64,000 nucleotides of DNA from the human T2T-CHM13v2.0 reference genome, Homo sapiens. The stretch lies in the NCBI RefSeq assembly GCF_009914755.1, contig NC_060925.1. One strand, written 5' to 3'. Shown in pieces: positions 19,649 through 32,250 of this stretch. A program made the translations under genes and the position numbers. The notes under the pieces are model-generated. The model was not told where the DNA came from. It saw only the letters and a list, made by a program, of their open reading frames with translations, and made no database searches. Each line of letters begins with the position of its first letter. Position 1 is the first letter of the stretch.

Positions 19649-21626
19649 AGACACTTCAATTTCTTGATACCTTGCTAACGCTTTGATGCATTCGCATAGA
19701 CTTTAATTTTCATTTCTATTTTTTTTCTAGATGGTCTCAGTGGGAGTGTGTCTATGTTAAGCTTATCCATTAAATGCTAAAAGCAAAAAAGTTATATTTC
19801 TCACCCAGGTTTTTCGTGATAAACTTCAGTGGGATAGAAAAAAATGTAATGGGTAGAATTTATAACCAATTCTGTCTTGAAGAAGATGAATTTGAGGTAT
19901 CAATGGGAAACACTAATACAAATTGCCAGATGTCAGTTGGAGACACAATTTGATTTTTCAGTGAGTTTTATGTTGTAGACTTGGGTTGATTCTTAAATCC
20001 TGTAAAATGGGTAAATTCTAATAGGAAAACAGCTTTGGAGGGGAAAAAAAGATCTAGAAAAAAGCTCTGTGGAGTTGCAAAAGTTTAGGGTTTAGTGAGA
20101 GAAACACTGGTGAGGAAGAAAATGCTAGCAGCAAGCAAAGAGAAAGGAATATAATCCAGAAAATGTTCTGCTCTAAAATCTAAAAGATGAAAAATAATTT
20201 AAGAAAGGGAGAATATTCAATAGGGAAAAACAGTATTGTGAGTAAGATGAATTCAGAAATGTATCTACTGGGCATGGAGTTATGGAGCTTATCCATTAGA
20301 ATTATGGTACAAAACAGAAATGAATGGAGTAAAAGTGAATACCATAATTCCCTTATTTCTAGCAATTTTGTGAGCTACAAAACCTTAAAAGCTTCCACCT
20401 TAAAACACCAAGTAATATTGTGCACAATATAACACATATCATTTTAAATGCATGACTGCTTTTACAGAACGTAAGAAAAAATTCCTAGAGGCTAGAAACA
20501 AAGAAAGCACTGGAAACAAGGCTACGGGTTGAAATTTAAGCTCCTGCTATCAGTCTCTGTAACAAAAAAACTTGCATTTTAAACACTGCATAATAATGTT
20601 ACAAAATGTAATACATATTAGACAATGTTGAAAATAAATGATACAATTACACAAAACAAACATGAGGTAGAATTAAAACAGAAGTTAGAATAGAATGTTT
20701 AGCAAATGCATATATTCAAACGGAAAGACTGAAAATTAATGAGCTAAACGTAGACATAGGAAATAAGAAAAAGATAAATAGAACAAATCTAAAAGGAGTG
20801 GGAAAAGAAAATTAAAGAGTTCAAAGACAGAATTAATACATGGAACATAACCTGAGAGAGTCACCGTAGGTAAAAATTGGTTCTTTGAAAACTTGAATAG
20901 AAAATTATCTGTCGAGTTTGAACAAAAACAACAACAACAAAAAAAACAGAAAACACAAATGGTATTATGAAATTTAAAGAAATAGGGCAGAATATGAACA
21001 ACTTTAAAAACAGTAGACATATTGAGAGTTAAATTTCACAACTGAACAATTTCATAGAAAATTTTTAGTTAACAGGAATGATTCATAAGGAATAGGAATC
21101 CTAAATGAACATATAGTAATTATAAAATGATGCAGTAATAACCTGCAACAACAATAAAAAATATGCAAAAATAAACTACAGTTTTATAGGAGGTTTTATT
21201 AAACATTCTAAGGAAAGATTATTTTACTCTTACACAAACTCTTTAAGATGATAGATTCCAATTTTATTATGATTGTATATCTTTGATTGCAAAACTACCT
21301 AGGGAGATGTAAAGATGCAAATTGCAGCCATTTTTACTTAGCAGATATATCAATATGTTAAATAAAACAAAAGCCATATAAATCAACCAAAGTATGAAAA
21401 AAATACATATTGATCAAGTTTGGTTGTTTCAAGGAGTGAAAGACTGATTTTACACTGAAAACTCTGTCAATGTAATTTACTATATTGACATAATAAAAAG
21501 AACAAAAAAGATTCATCTAAGTAGATGTAGTAGATAATTTAATAAAATTGAAGTCGTTTACGTTTTGAAAATATTATTGGTAGCTATTAGCTACTGATCC
21601 ACTCTTAGTCAAGTAGCTCCTGGAAG

Positions 21627-21745
21627 AGCCTCAGTTTCCCTCTCTGAGAACTGCCTCATAGGGTTGTTGTGTGGGTGAAAGGAGAGAATGTGGGTCCAGT
21701 GCTTACTCCCAGAAGGTGACACATGGTGGCACCCAGGTAGCCCTA
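21627..21745 (+). mobile_element. MIR fragment
   Basis: gagcctcagtttccctctctg...cctcatagggttgttgtg core motif. Confidence 0.65.
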
Positions 21746-22699
21746 ACGCAGGATAGTGAGTGGTGAGTGCCACCTGCTTATGGTAACATAGGAAAAACAG
21801 AAATTCTCCTTGGGCGTGATCAGGGAGAGCTATGGAGAAGATGAGTAATGTGCTTGTTTTAAAAGATGCACAGTCTTGGACATTAGCTCTCTTTGGGACC
21901 CTAAAAGCGCACTAGTGTTCAGAACATACTGAGGGCACCCTTGTCATCACTGGAGTCACTTTCTGAGTCATCTACATATATTTCCAGAATACACCATCTT
22001 CATGACTATCTGAAATGTTTGTGCTACATCTTTTCTTGAATATGTGTATTATGTTGTAATTGGAAACTATAGCCCAACCCTCAAGAACCTATTCATATAT
22101 CCTTAAATAGGTTTTTAAAAACTACTCTTTGAGTTTTGTGTGGATCTCTCCAATGCAACCACTTACCTTACTATGTTTCATTAAAAATGATTTTTAAAGA
22201 ACAGTTACTGAAAATGGTTAAGTAGCTGAACAAATGTGAATATATAAAAATGGTTACCTAAGTACTTGTTTGTGAGTCAATCAGAATAACCACTGCAACA
22301 TGAATAAGTGACAACTTCAGTAAATTAAATTTCTTTACAGAAGTTTATCTCACACAGTGGCACTTTAATTCAAGATAATTTACAGGATTATTTTATATTC
22401 CCATTTTTAATTTTTAAAATTCTAGTTTAAATGCCCCACAATTTACAGTACAATTTTTGCATTAATTATTTCATTTACATTGAATAAATGTTGCTTACTG
22501 TTATTTGTCTCTAACTTGCTTTTTACAGGAATCTTTAAAGGGCCTGCTTACAGTGACTTAAAATACTTAGAATTGTGGAATCTAGACTTTGGTTAGCAGT
22601 TACTAAGTCTGATAATATATTTCTCCCTTTTTATTGTTGCCAAAAGCAGCATTGTTTGTCTTTAGAAGCAAATGTATCTTTCCCAAACGGCATTTATTT

Positions 22700-22930
22700 T
22701 TCATTTTTATTTATTTTTAATGGACAAATAAGAACTTTTTATATTGATAGTATGCAACATGATGTTTTCACATATGTATATATGGTAGCATGGCTAAATC
22801 ATGCTAATATATCAATGACCTCGCATGCTTATTACTGTTTTTTGGTGAGAACACTTGAAATCTCACATCAATTTTCAAGTATATAGTACATTATGATTAA
22901 CTATAGTTACTATGCTATGCAATAGCTCTC
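22700..22930 (-). mobile_element. L1MA8/9-like 3' end
   Basis: caacatgatgtttt...tggctaaatcatgctaat...tttttggtgagaacacttgaaatct...ttaactatagttac. Confidence 0.75.
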
Positions 22931-23658
22931 CTTAATTTATAAATATTTGTCCTATTTTAATTTGTTCAAAAAATATAATCTGGAAGATAAAAATATACAC
23001 ATATATATATTTGATTAAGCAAGGAAATCCCCAATTATTACAATAGCTGTTGGCTGAGAGTTTATAGATACTCCATATATAATGTCCAAATACTAAAACC
23101 TTTTCCTTTAAAAACATAAATCAATTAGGAAGTTTAGATTATCACTTCTATTAATTATTGTCCTACAAGTCTTCCTAGCACGGTAAGACAGAAAGAGTAG
23201 AAAGATTAATAAGTCTGAAGCAACAAAATCATTATTTTCAGTGTATCTTTCTTTTTTCACATGAAACATAAGAAAATATAGACACATTTTTTTCCGGATT
23301 AGTCATGTTACTGGATATATGACCACATACTAAGATAAACTTCATTTTTATATACTAGTGTCAGATAATTATGAAATGTAATTATACAAAATATATTTAT
23401 AATAGTAGCAAAGAGTAAAAGTAATGAGAAACAGATCTATCAGAATGTATTTTCATAAGCATAATTATAAACAATAGGGATCCCAGGGACATTCCAATAC
23501 ATATATAGAAACAACATATTAAAATATTAACATTCCAGATCTTGAAGTACCATTCAAGAAATAATTTGAGACAAATGACTGTATTCACAACTATTTATCC
23601 TACATACTAAAAACTGGTCTAGAATTTAATGCTTAAATATGAAAGTCAAATTATTTAT

Positions 23659-23680
23659 ACACACACACACACACACACAC
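23659..23680. repeat. (AC)11 microsatellite
   Basis: Direct reading. Confidence 0.95.
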
Positions 23681-24304
23681 GTATAAAGATGCTTGACAAA
23701 TTACCCGAAAGGAGAGAGATTTTTCACAGCACACAAAGTGAAAACAACAAAAGAAATGATTAATAAATTTAATTACATTCATATTAAAGGCTTCTGATTA
23801 TGGAAAATACAAGTTTCAGTCTCAACGTTGTTGTCTACTTATATAAATTATAATAAATTAATATTTAGATTTTCATTGTATAAGAAGAGTATCTATTAAA
23901 GTCACAATATCTTAATGAATTGTAGCTGGGTAACAGAAACCCTTCAGTAAAGAATCATACACTAATAAGCAAAAGAAAACGAGAAACGCTCTTGGATAAT
24001 TTCTGCTGTCACATTTTGGGCCTCATGAAATGAATCCTGGATATGCGATTGAGTTGAAAGTTATTGACTGCCATTTTATTCATTTTTTCAATCGCTGATG
24101 AGCAAAACACTCAGGTGCCAACAATAGGCTATAAGGTAGCTGAAGTTTACTTTTGGTACAAATAACATATGAAAGCCGATTTATATGCTGTAGTGGCAAG
24201 GATCTGAGTTTCACTCCACTGTAAACGATTGAGTAAAACATGAAATCTACCTAGCAGAAATTTTTATTTCTAGTTTGTATTACTCTATGAATGACACGGT
24301 GGGA

Positions 24305-24601
24305 TTTTTATGTATGTATTTATTTATTTTTAAGACAGGGCCTCACTCTGTCACCCAGGCTAGAGTGAAGTGGTGTGATCTTGGCTCACTGCAACCTCTG
24401 CTTTCTGGGCTCAAGCGATTCTCCAGCCTCAGCCTCCGGAGTAGCTGGGAGTACAGTCGTGTGCCACCACACCCACCTAATTTTTTGTATTTTTAATAAA
24501 GACAGGGTTTCACCATTTTGGCCAGGCTGGTCGAGAACTCCCGGGCTCAAGTGATCTTCCCAAAATGCTGGGATTATAGGCATGAGCCACCATGCCTGAC
24601 C
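24305..24601 (-). mobile_element. Alu (AluJb-like)
   Basis: agacagggcctcactctgtcacccagg...ggctcaagtgatc; degenerate TSD cacRgtgNNattttta. Confidence 0.88.
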
Positions 24602-26672
24602 CCCCACAGTGACATTTTTAATACTTCATGTTCTCATCATAAATTCTTCTCTTAAAAATTCTATTGCTGCCGACACAGATGCAGAAATAACTTCACTCAA
24701 CCTTTTAGTAGATTATACATTATGGGTTAAGCAAAGATTTTTACAATGTTGAATATTGCAAGAAAACTGATTTATAGATATATTCTTAATTTTCAAATAA
24801 GGATGAGATAATTTCCATGTTAATTCATTCAACCACCATTTAATGAAGGGGAAAAATAAGTTTTAGAAATTCATTGATCCTGATTTCCATCAATATTTAA
24901 CATATTTTGACATTGATGGAAAGCTATAGCCTAAGATAACATAAATAACAAGCTGACATATGTAAGGGTTATACAGAGATAAAACGCATAATTACATAAT
25001 TGTGAAAAAAAATATTGTGGTAGCTATCATTAATAGCCAGTTAGTCTCTCAGGAAATTATAACAGTGAGACAGAAGTGCAAGTTGAGAGCTTCCCCCCAA
25101 GACAGGAAAAAATAAATTAAGAAAGTAACAATAGAAAAAGTAATTGATGTGGAAAATATCATAAATTAAAACCTCAAAGAATATATTTTTCAAAATAAGA
25201 GTACGTTGAGCATGATCTGAATCTAAAACTGGAGCATTTACATTGGTCTTAAAATATTTAATGAAAAAGACAAACACATATAAAAGTATAGAAGGGATAA
25301 TGTCATATTTTAAATATAAAGAGCAAACCTAAAACCGATCCATGAAATAAAATCAGATTGTTTCAAAAATTGTCTTATCTGCATAATCTGTATATTTCTG
25401 AAGATTAATCAGAAAAATATTTTAAACTTTTAGATTAAAAATCTACATTCCAATGTTTATACTAAATATTAAACCAGTTTTGTACATTTGTGTTTGAACA
25501 TAAGTGAAGCTAAAATAGGCACAGTATTCATGCACATGAAAGTATGCAAGAAGCAATGTATTTCAGTATCTGTCTAAATAAAATATTCAATAATAATTTT
25601 TCAATAGGTTTTGTACAGCAATAAAGAACTCTCAGGATTCTAAAAGTCTTACAGTGAATACCTAAAAACTAGTGTGTTGCCTGTTTTATATTAGTCTAAG
25701 GAATCAAAAAAAGTATATTTTTCAAGAAGCTTGTGAAACGATACAAGCCAGATCAAAACTAAGTACATATTATAGAGAATTCAAATACACAAGATAGGTT
25801 CATAAAGCCCTCCAAATTGGTAGTACATTGGATACAATAAATTTAGTAAGCTATTAACATATTAATCATCAAAATAAACTGAGGTTAATGGGGAAATCAA
25901 AATTTTAATACAAGAGTTCATCTGTAAGTCAAATACAAAAGCAACAATATATTATAAAGAAACCCAGACACTGACTTCATCACCACATCAAGCTAGCACA
26001 TACTCCAGACTCCAGAGCTCACTATTCGTCTGCACATGCCAGTGCCCACTGTAGGTTGGCACACACCTATGCTTTAGACTCCAGTTTCCCAAATGTTTGA
26101 CAGGCACCCACATACTGTACATGGTTATTAATGCATCAGTGGGGGTACTTGTACACTAGGTGCTGGTGCCACTGCTACCCCAGAACCCAGAGTCTTAGTC
26201 TCTTTGTGCATGACCATGCTTCACACCCTGGTTCCATGGTCACTCCACAAGCACTATGCATAAAATACTAGTGCCACCACCACTGCGAGTATGCTTTAAA
26301 GCCAGATCCAGTGCTGAGAGGAACTCCCTTGGTCATAATTTCCTTGGTGGGAAGAAAAGAGATCAGGACAACCCCAGCAGCCATTACTACTGAAGACCCA
26401 ACAGCCCTCACTGCCCCTGTGCATACCCACAGCCTTGGCTGCTGAGATTTCCTTCAGTCTTCATGAATATCTACCACAGCTGACAGAGCTATATGGAGAT
26501 TACACATATGCACCTTCACTAGAGTCAGAACTGCCACCCAGCCAGTGCCTTCATACCCACTCATGGAGGAAAGTCTTTCTCCACCAAAACCGATTCAAAA
26601 ATCTTGAAGATAAGGGCCAGGCACAGTGGCTCATACCTGTAATCCCAGCACATTGAGAGGCAGAGGCGGGTG

Positions 26673-27639
26673 TGTGTCTGGAACTGGTTTCTTTCAGTGG
26701 GTTCTTGGTCTTTCTGACTTCAAGAATGAAGCCGCGGACCCTCACGGTGAGTGTTACAGTTCTTAAAGATGGTGTGTCTGGAGTTTGTTTTTTCAGATGT
26801 TCGGATGTGTCTGAAGTTTCTTCCTTCCAGTGGGTTCGTGGTCTCGCTTGACTTCAGGAGTGAAGCCACAGACCTTCGCAGTGAGTGCTACAGCTCTTAA
26901 AGGTGGCATGTCCGGAGTTGTTTGTTCTTCCCAGTGGGTTTGTGGTCTCACTGACTCCAGGAGCGAAGCCTCAGATCTTTGCAGTGAGCGTTACAGCTCA
27001 TAAAGGTAGTGCAGACCCAAAGAGTGAGCAGCAGCAAGATTTACTGTGAAGACCAAAAGAACAAAGCTTCCATGGTGTGGAAACAGATCCAAGCCAGTGC
27101 AACTGCTAGCTAGGGTGGCCAGCTTTTATTCCCTTATTGGCCCTGCCCACGTCCTGCTGATTGGTCCATTTTACAGAGCGCTGATTGGTCCATTTTATAG
27201 AGTGCTGATTGGTCCGTTTTTACAGAGTGCTGATTGGTGCGTTTACAATCCTCTAGCTAGACACAGAGCGCTGGTTGGTGCGTTTTTATAGAGTGCTGAT
27301 TGGTGTGTTTACAAACCTTTGGCTAGACAGAGAGCACTGACTGGTGCATTTAAAAACCTTTAGCTAGACACAGAATGCTGATTGGTGCATTTTTACAGAG
27401 AGCTGATTGGTGCGTTTACAAACCTTTAGCTAGACACAGAGTGCTGATTGGTGCGTTTACAAACCTTTAGCTAGACACAGAGTGCTGATTGGTGCATTTT
27501 TAGAGAGTGCTGATTGGTGCATTTACAAACCTTTAGCTAGACACAGAGCACTGATTGGTGTGTTTACAATCATTTAGCTAGACAGAAAAGTTCTCCAAGT
27601 CCCCACCTGACCCAGAAGCCCAGCCAGCTTCACCTCTGA
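26673..27639 (-). mobile_element. ERV9 solo LTR (LTR12 family), 967 bp
   Basis: Ends tgtgtctggaa... and ...cttcacctctga; U3 tandem repeats gctagacacagagtgctgattgg; three U5 repeats; 4-bp TSD ggtg at 26669-26672 and 27640-27643. Confidence 0.95.
27124..27560 (-). promoter_or_regulatory. LTR12 U3 enhancer/promoter: 12 CCAAT (NF-Y) boxes plus AATAAAA TATA-like box
   Basis: 12 ATTGG counted on the + strand between 27136 and 27558; ttttatt at 27124-27130. Activity is not shown. Confidence 0.6.
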
Positions 27640-27710
27640 GGTGGATCACTTGATGTCAGGAGTTCAAGACTAGCCGTGTAAAAATGGTGAAACCCTGTCT
27701 CTGCTAAAGA

Positions 27711-28189
27711 TGAGAAGTGAAGCCAGCTGGACTTTCTGGGTCGAGTAGGGACTTGGAGAATGTTTCTGTATTACAAGAGATTTGTAAAATGCATCAATCA
27801 GTGCTCTGTAAAAACACACCAATCAGTTCTCTGTAGCTAGTTAGAAGTTTGTAAAATGGACCAGTCAGCACACTGTAAAATGGACCAATCGGCACTCTGT
27901 AAAATGGACCAATCAGCACTCTGTAAAATGGACCAATTGACAGGACATGGGCGGGGACAAATAAGGGAATAAAAGCCGGCCAACCCAGTCAGCAGCAGCA
28001 ACCCGCTTAGGTGCCTTTTCACGGTATGGAAGCTTTGTTCTTTCGCTCTTTACAATAAATCTTGCTGCTGCTCACTCTTTGGGTGTGTGTCATCTTTAAG
28101 AGCTGTAACACTCACCGTGAAGGTCCTTGGCTCCATTCTTGAAGTCAGCAAGACCACAAACCCACCAAAAGGAACCAACTCCAGACATA
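27711..28189 (+). mobile_element. ERV9 solo LTR (LTR12F-like), 479 bp
   Basis: tgagaagtgaagccagctggac...caactccagacata; 4 CCAAT, GC box 27949-27956, AATAAAA 27968-27974, poly(A) signal 28054-28059; TSD aaga/aaaa. Confidence 0.93.
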
Positions 28190-29023
28190 AAAATACAAAA
28201 ATTTGTGTGTGTGGTGGTGCATGCCTGTAATCCCAACTGCTCAGTAGACTGAGGCAGTAGAATCACTTGAAACTGGGAGGCAGAGGATGCAGTGAGCCAA
28301 GATCATCCTGGTGCATTCCAGCCAGGCAATAGAGCAAGACCATGTCTCTCACACACACAAAATTTAAACTTGAAGATATGATTTCTCCTTTAAAAATGCA
28401 GACATCAACACAAGGCAACAAGACATAAAAAAATAAGAAAACGTGCCACCACCAAAATAATACAATTTTCTAGTCACTAACACCAAGAAAATGGAGATCT
28501 CTAAATGCTTAATAAAGACTTCAAAAAAATTGTTTTAAGGAAGCTCAGCAAACTACAGGGAAACACAGAGAGATAATTCAAAGAGACCAGGAAACAGTAC
28601 ACAAAGTTAAAAGTTTGAGATTGAAATAATAAAAAAACACAGATATTCTGCAATTGAAACAATGAATAAAATGAAAAATGTGACAGGGAGTGTCAATGGC
28701 ATAATTGATAAAGCAGAATAATCTGTAAATTTAAACAAATATTTGAAAATGTGTGGTCAGAGGAGAAAAATATAGAAAGATTAAAAAGAAATGAAGGAAG
28801 CCTACAGGATTTATTATACAGCATCCTGAAAGCTAACATCTGCATTGTGAAATTTCAGAATGATAAGAAGGAGAGAAGGGACTTAAAATTTATTACAAGA
28901 AATGATGGCTAAAAATTTCCCAAATCCAGGCATGGAAATCTTAAAATTATTCAATTAGAATCTTAAAAGTATTCAACTAGACTCAACCCAAGCAGATCAA
29001 ACCCATACTGTCCAAGGATCAAT

Positions 29024-29157
29024 TGTGTGTGTGTGTGTCTGTGTGTGTGTATGTGCATACACACATACATACATCTATATACAAATATGATACATACATA
29101 TATACATACACATATACACACATATAAACATGTATATATTCCATATATGTATATATA
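29024..29157. repeat. TG/CA/TA low-complexity tract
   Basis: Direct reading. Confidence 0.85.
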
Positions 29158-29164
29158 ATGGAAT

Positions 29165-29945
<781 letters not shown>

Positions 29946-30322
29946 CATTTACAAAAATAATAAAGAAAATAAATTTCATAAAGTCTACTCAGCCCAATTA
30001 AATATGTTTAAAACTAAAATGTAAAGTACACTTTTTAAATGTTGAAATAAATAGTCTATACTTAAAAACATCATACATATAGTGAAAATTGAAGAAAACA
30101 TAAGGTAGGCTCATTGTTTTATATAATTTGACTACGTAATTTGAATTTTATTATACAAATATTTTAATACATTCCCTTTTATTTTATTTTTTATTTCCCA
30201 CTCCACATTTTCCTCAATGTTATCTCTTCATTCCATCTCATCTGGACAAGTTATGCTCATAATCTGATGTGTGTTTTTTCAAACAATGAAGTAAAGTATG
30301 TGTCTAGATTTACCTTAATCTC

Positions 30323-30356
<34 letters not shown>

Positions 30357-30397
30357 AATTTACTACATTGTCTGAAAATTTACCACTACCACGTATT

Positions 30398-31040
30398 TGT
30401 TTCAATTAGAGTTCAGACAGAGAACAAAGATCATAGCAGCTATTTTAACAAAGATAATTTAATATTAATAACCATTAACTAAGCAGATAGAATTGTGAAT
30501 TTATCAAGAAAAACAGGAGAGAGAGAGGGAGAATATTAGCATATTACAGAAGTAGCAAGGATTGAAATCAGCTAACACTCTTAAGCCTAGGGAAATGAAG
30601 GAATTATGTTGAAATTATCAAGGATTAAGATCTTAGAAGAGGGACTACGTGGAGGCCAGTGTTGTCTGAGTTTGCAGGAAGGTCATTTGGAGCTGGAACC
30701 AGGCCTACAAAGAGATTTCCAGAGGGATGATTCTGAAATCCCTGAGAAGGCTGAGCCTGATTTCTGAGTTTTAGCAAAACTCCAAATTGTACTCAATTGT
30801 TGATACAAAAATGAACTCTGACACCAGGAAAAAAATATGTAAACATGTAGAAAAATCAACAGAAACATGGTGATATATAGTCAGCAAACGGGATAAACAA
30901 GAGGGATTAAGTTCCCTATTGACCAACTCAAGAGGGAGAGACCTGTAGAAAACCAGAAATGTAGTTTGTGGAGCAGCAGCCCTCAAATCATAAAGTAGAC
31001 AGCAGGAGTTTCATTTTGGAGCTGAGAGGCAAAATCATAA
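30398..31040 (-). mobile_element. Probable ancient ERVL-associated LTR
   Basis: tgtttcaattagagttcagacagagaac...aatttaata resembles the antisense end of old LTRs; adjacent to the ERVL pol relic. Confidence 0.35.
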
Positions 31041-31149
31041 TAAATATTACTTTCCCTCTTTTTGCATGCCCAGCATCCATGAATATCTTTCCATTATAAA
31101 AACAAGCCAACAATTCTTTCCTTACTTCTGACTTCTCTTTGGCAAGAAG

Positions 31150-32250
31150 AAATGAGAAACAGTATTCACAGCTCTAACTTCCGAACTGCAAGGATTTCTT
31201 TCAATTCTCTTCTTCAGGAACACCTGTAAATGAGTCTGTGATGTTGCCAATTGTTCACATCTTGTTGGTACTACTAAATAGGGCAGAACTGTGTGTAAAA
31301 TACGCCACAGTTATTTCCTCCTCTACTGGTCATAATGTCTTCCCCATGAGCCCATCAATGTCTATTGAGTGAAAGGATGTAAGCATCAGGAGTCAGTCTA
31401 GCCACCTGCTATGACCTTTCAGACCTACTGAAGCCCAATCGCTTCTATGCCAATGGTACCAATAATAAATTGCTCCTGCAAATGACAAACCTTATGGTTT
31501 CATTGGTCAGATGGCACCCAGTTACTGTGGATCACTTTACATTCCATGAATAGGCTTTCAGTTTTTTACCGTGGCCCAATAGTAAGTAAAGATCTTTTAC
31601 TCCAAAGAGAAATGGTTATCTGCAGAAGTGTGCATGGATTATTTCCAAAATCCTAAAAGTTTACACTGTGATCCTTTATTGGTGCTTGTTAGAGGCTCCA
31701 GATAGCATTCTTATTTGCTAAAGACACTTCAAGTAACGTCGGATCTGCTGATCCAGGTCTGGACTTTCTGCAAAGCCTTCTGTTGTTCTGTAACCTCCTG
31801 AAACCCCTAAGCATTCCTTGACAAATGAGTAAGGGAAATCCATTCGAATGTGGTATATATTGCCTATCCAATCTAAAAATAGCACATAGTGTACTGCTTT
31901 AATTTTAATTAGTTTTGCAAGATGTAGTACCTAGCTTCTAAATGATGTTGGTAGTCCTCTTACTGATTTATTTCTAAGTGTATTAATGAAGGAAATGTTC
32001 TGTGGGTTTTCTAGATAGATTTAGTATAGAGGGTTTGGTCTATAAGTTACGTAACAAATCAACTTCAATATTCCTATCTTCCTAAGCCTTTGGTCTACTT
32101 CCTCTACATGATATCAGAAAAAAATCTAGCGTCTATACTCCATTTAACATATGCATCCATTGAATCCACAATTCAGGCAACCAACCAAGGAAACCATTAT
32201 GACTGCATGTAACTTCATGAGCAAACACTTTATATTCACAATCATCAATA
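31150..32250 (-). pseudogene. Ancient ERVL-type pol (RT/RNase H linker) relic
   Basis: ORF 31689-31871 RQYIPH...SADPTLLEVSLANKNAIWSL matches the remembered HERV-L motif RQHIPH...DPADPMVLEVSVADRDAVWSL; adjacent antisense of ggattttgg...tctgcagataac...tactgggcc. Confidence 0.75.

Larger units (their letters stand above)
20700..23800 (+). mobile_element. Ancient L1ME-like ORF2 relic in two pieces (~20700-21575 and ~22940-23800)
   Basis: aaaaattggttctttgaaaa, gtcaatgtaatttactatattgaca and taaatttaattacattcatattaaaggcttctg occur in ORF2 order. Confidence 0.5.
26615..28362 (+). mobile_element. Single Alu broken into three pieces (26615-26672, 27640-27710, 28190-28362) by two LTR12 insertions
   Basis: The pieces rejoin to a collinear Alu: ...gaggcgggtg|gatcacttga...ctgctaaaga|tacaaaaattt... 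Confidence 0.93.
25960..29015 (+). mobile_element. L1M (L1MA-like) 5'UTR/ORF1, split by the Alu/LTR12 cluster
   Basis: C-rich 5'UTR at 25960-26612 resumes at 28369 (aaatgcagacatcaacacaagg..., ORF1-like); TSD cttgaagata at 26603 and 28369. Confidence 0.65.

Noticed and set aside
27160-27585. Regularly spaced repeats resembling a CRISPR array
   Set aside because: They are LTR12 U3 tandem repeats with no unique spacers; eukaryotic context with no cas genes
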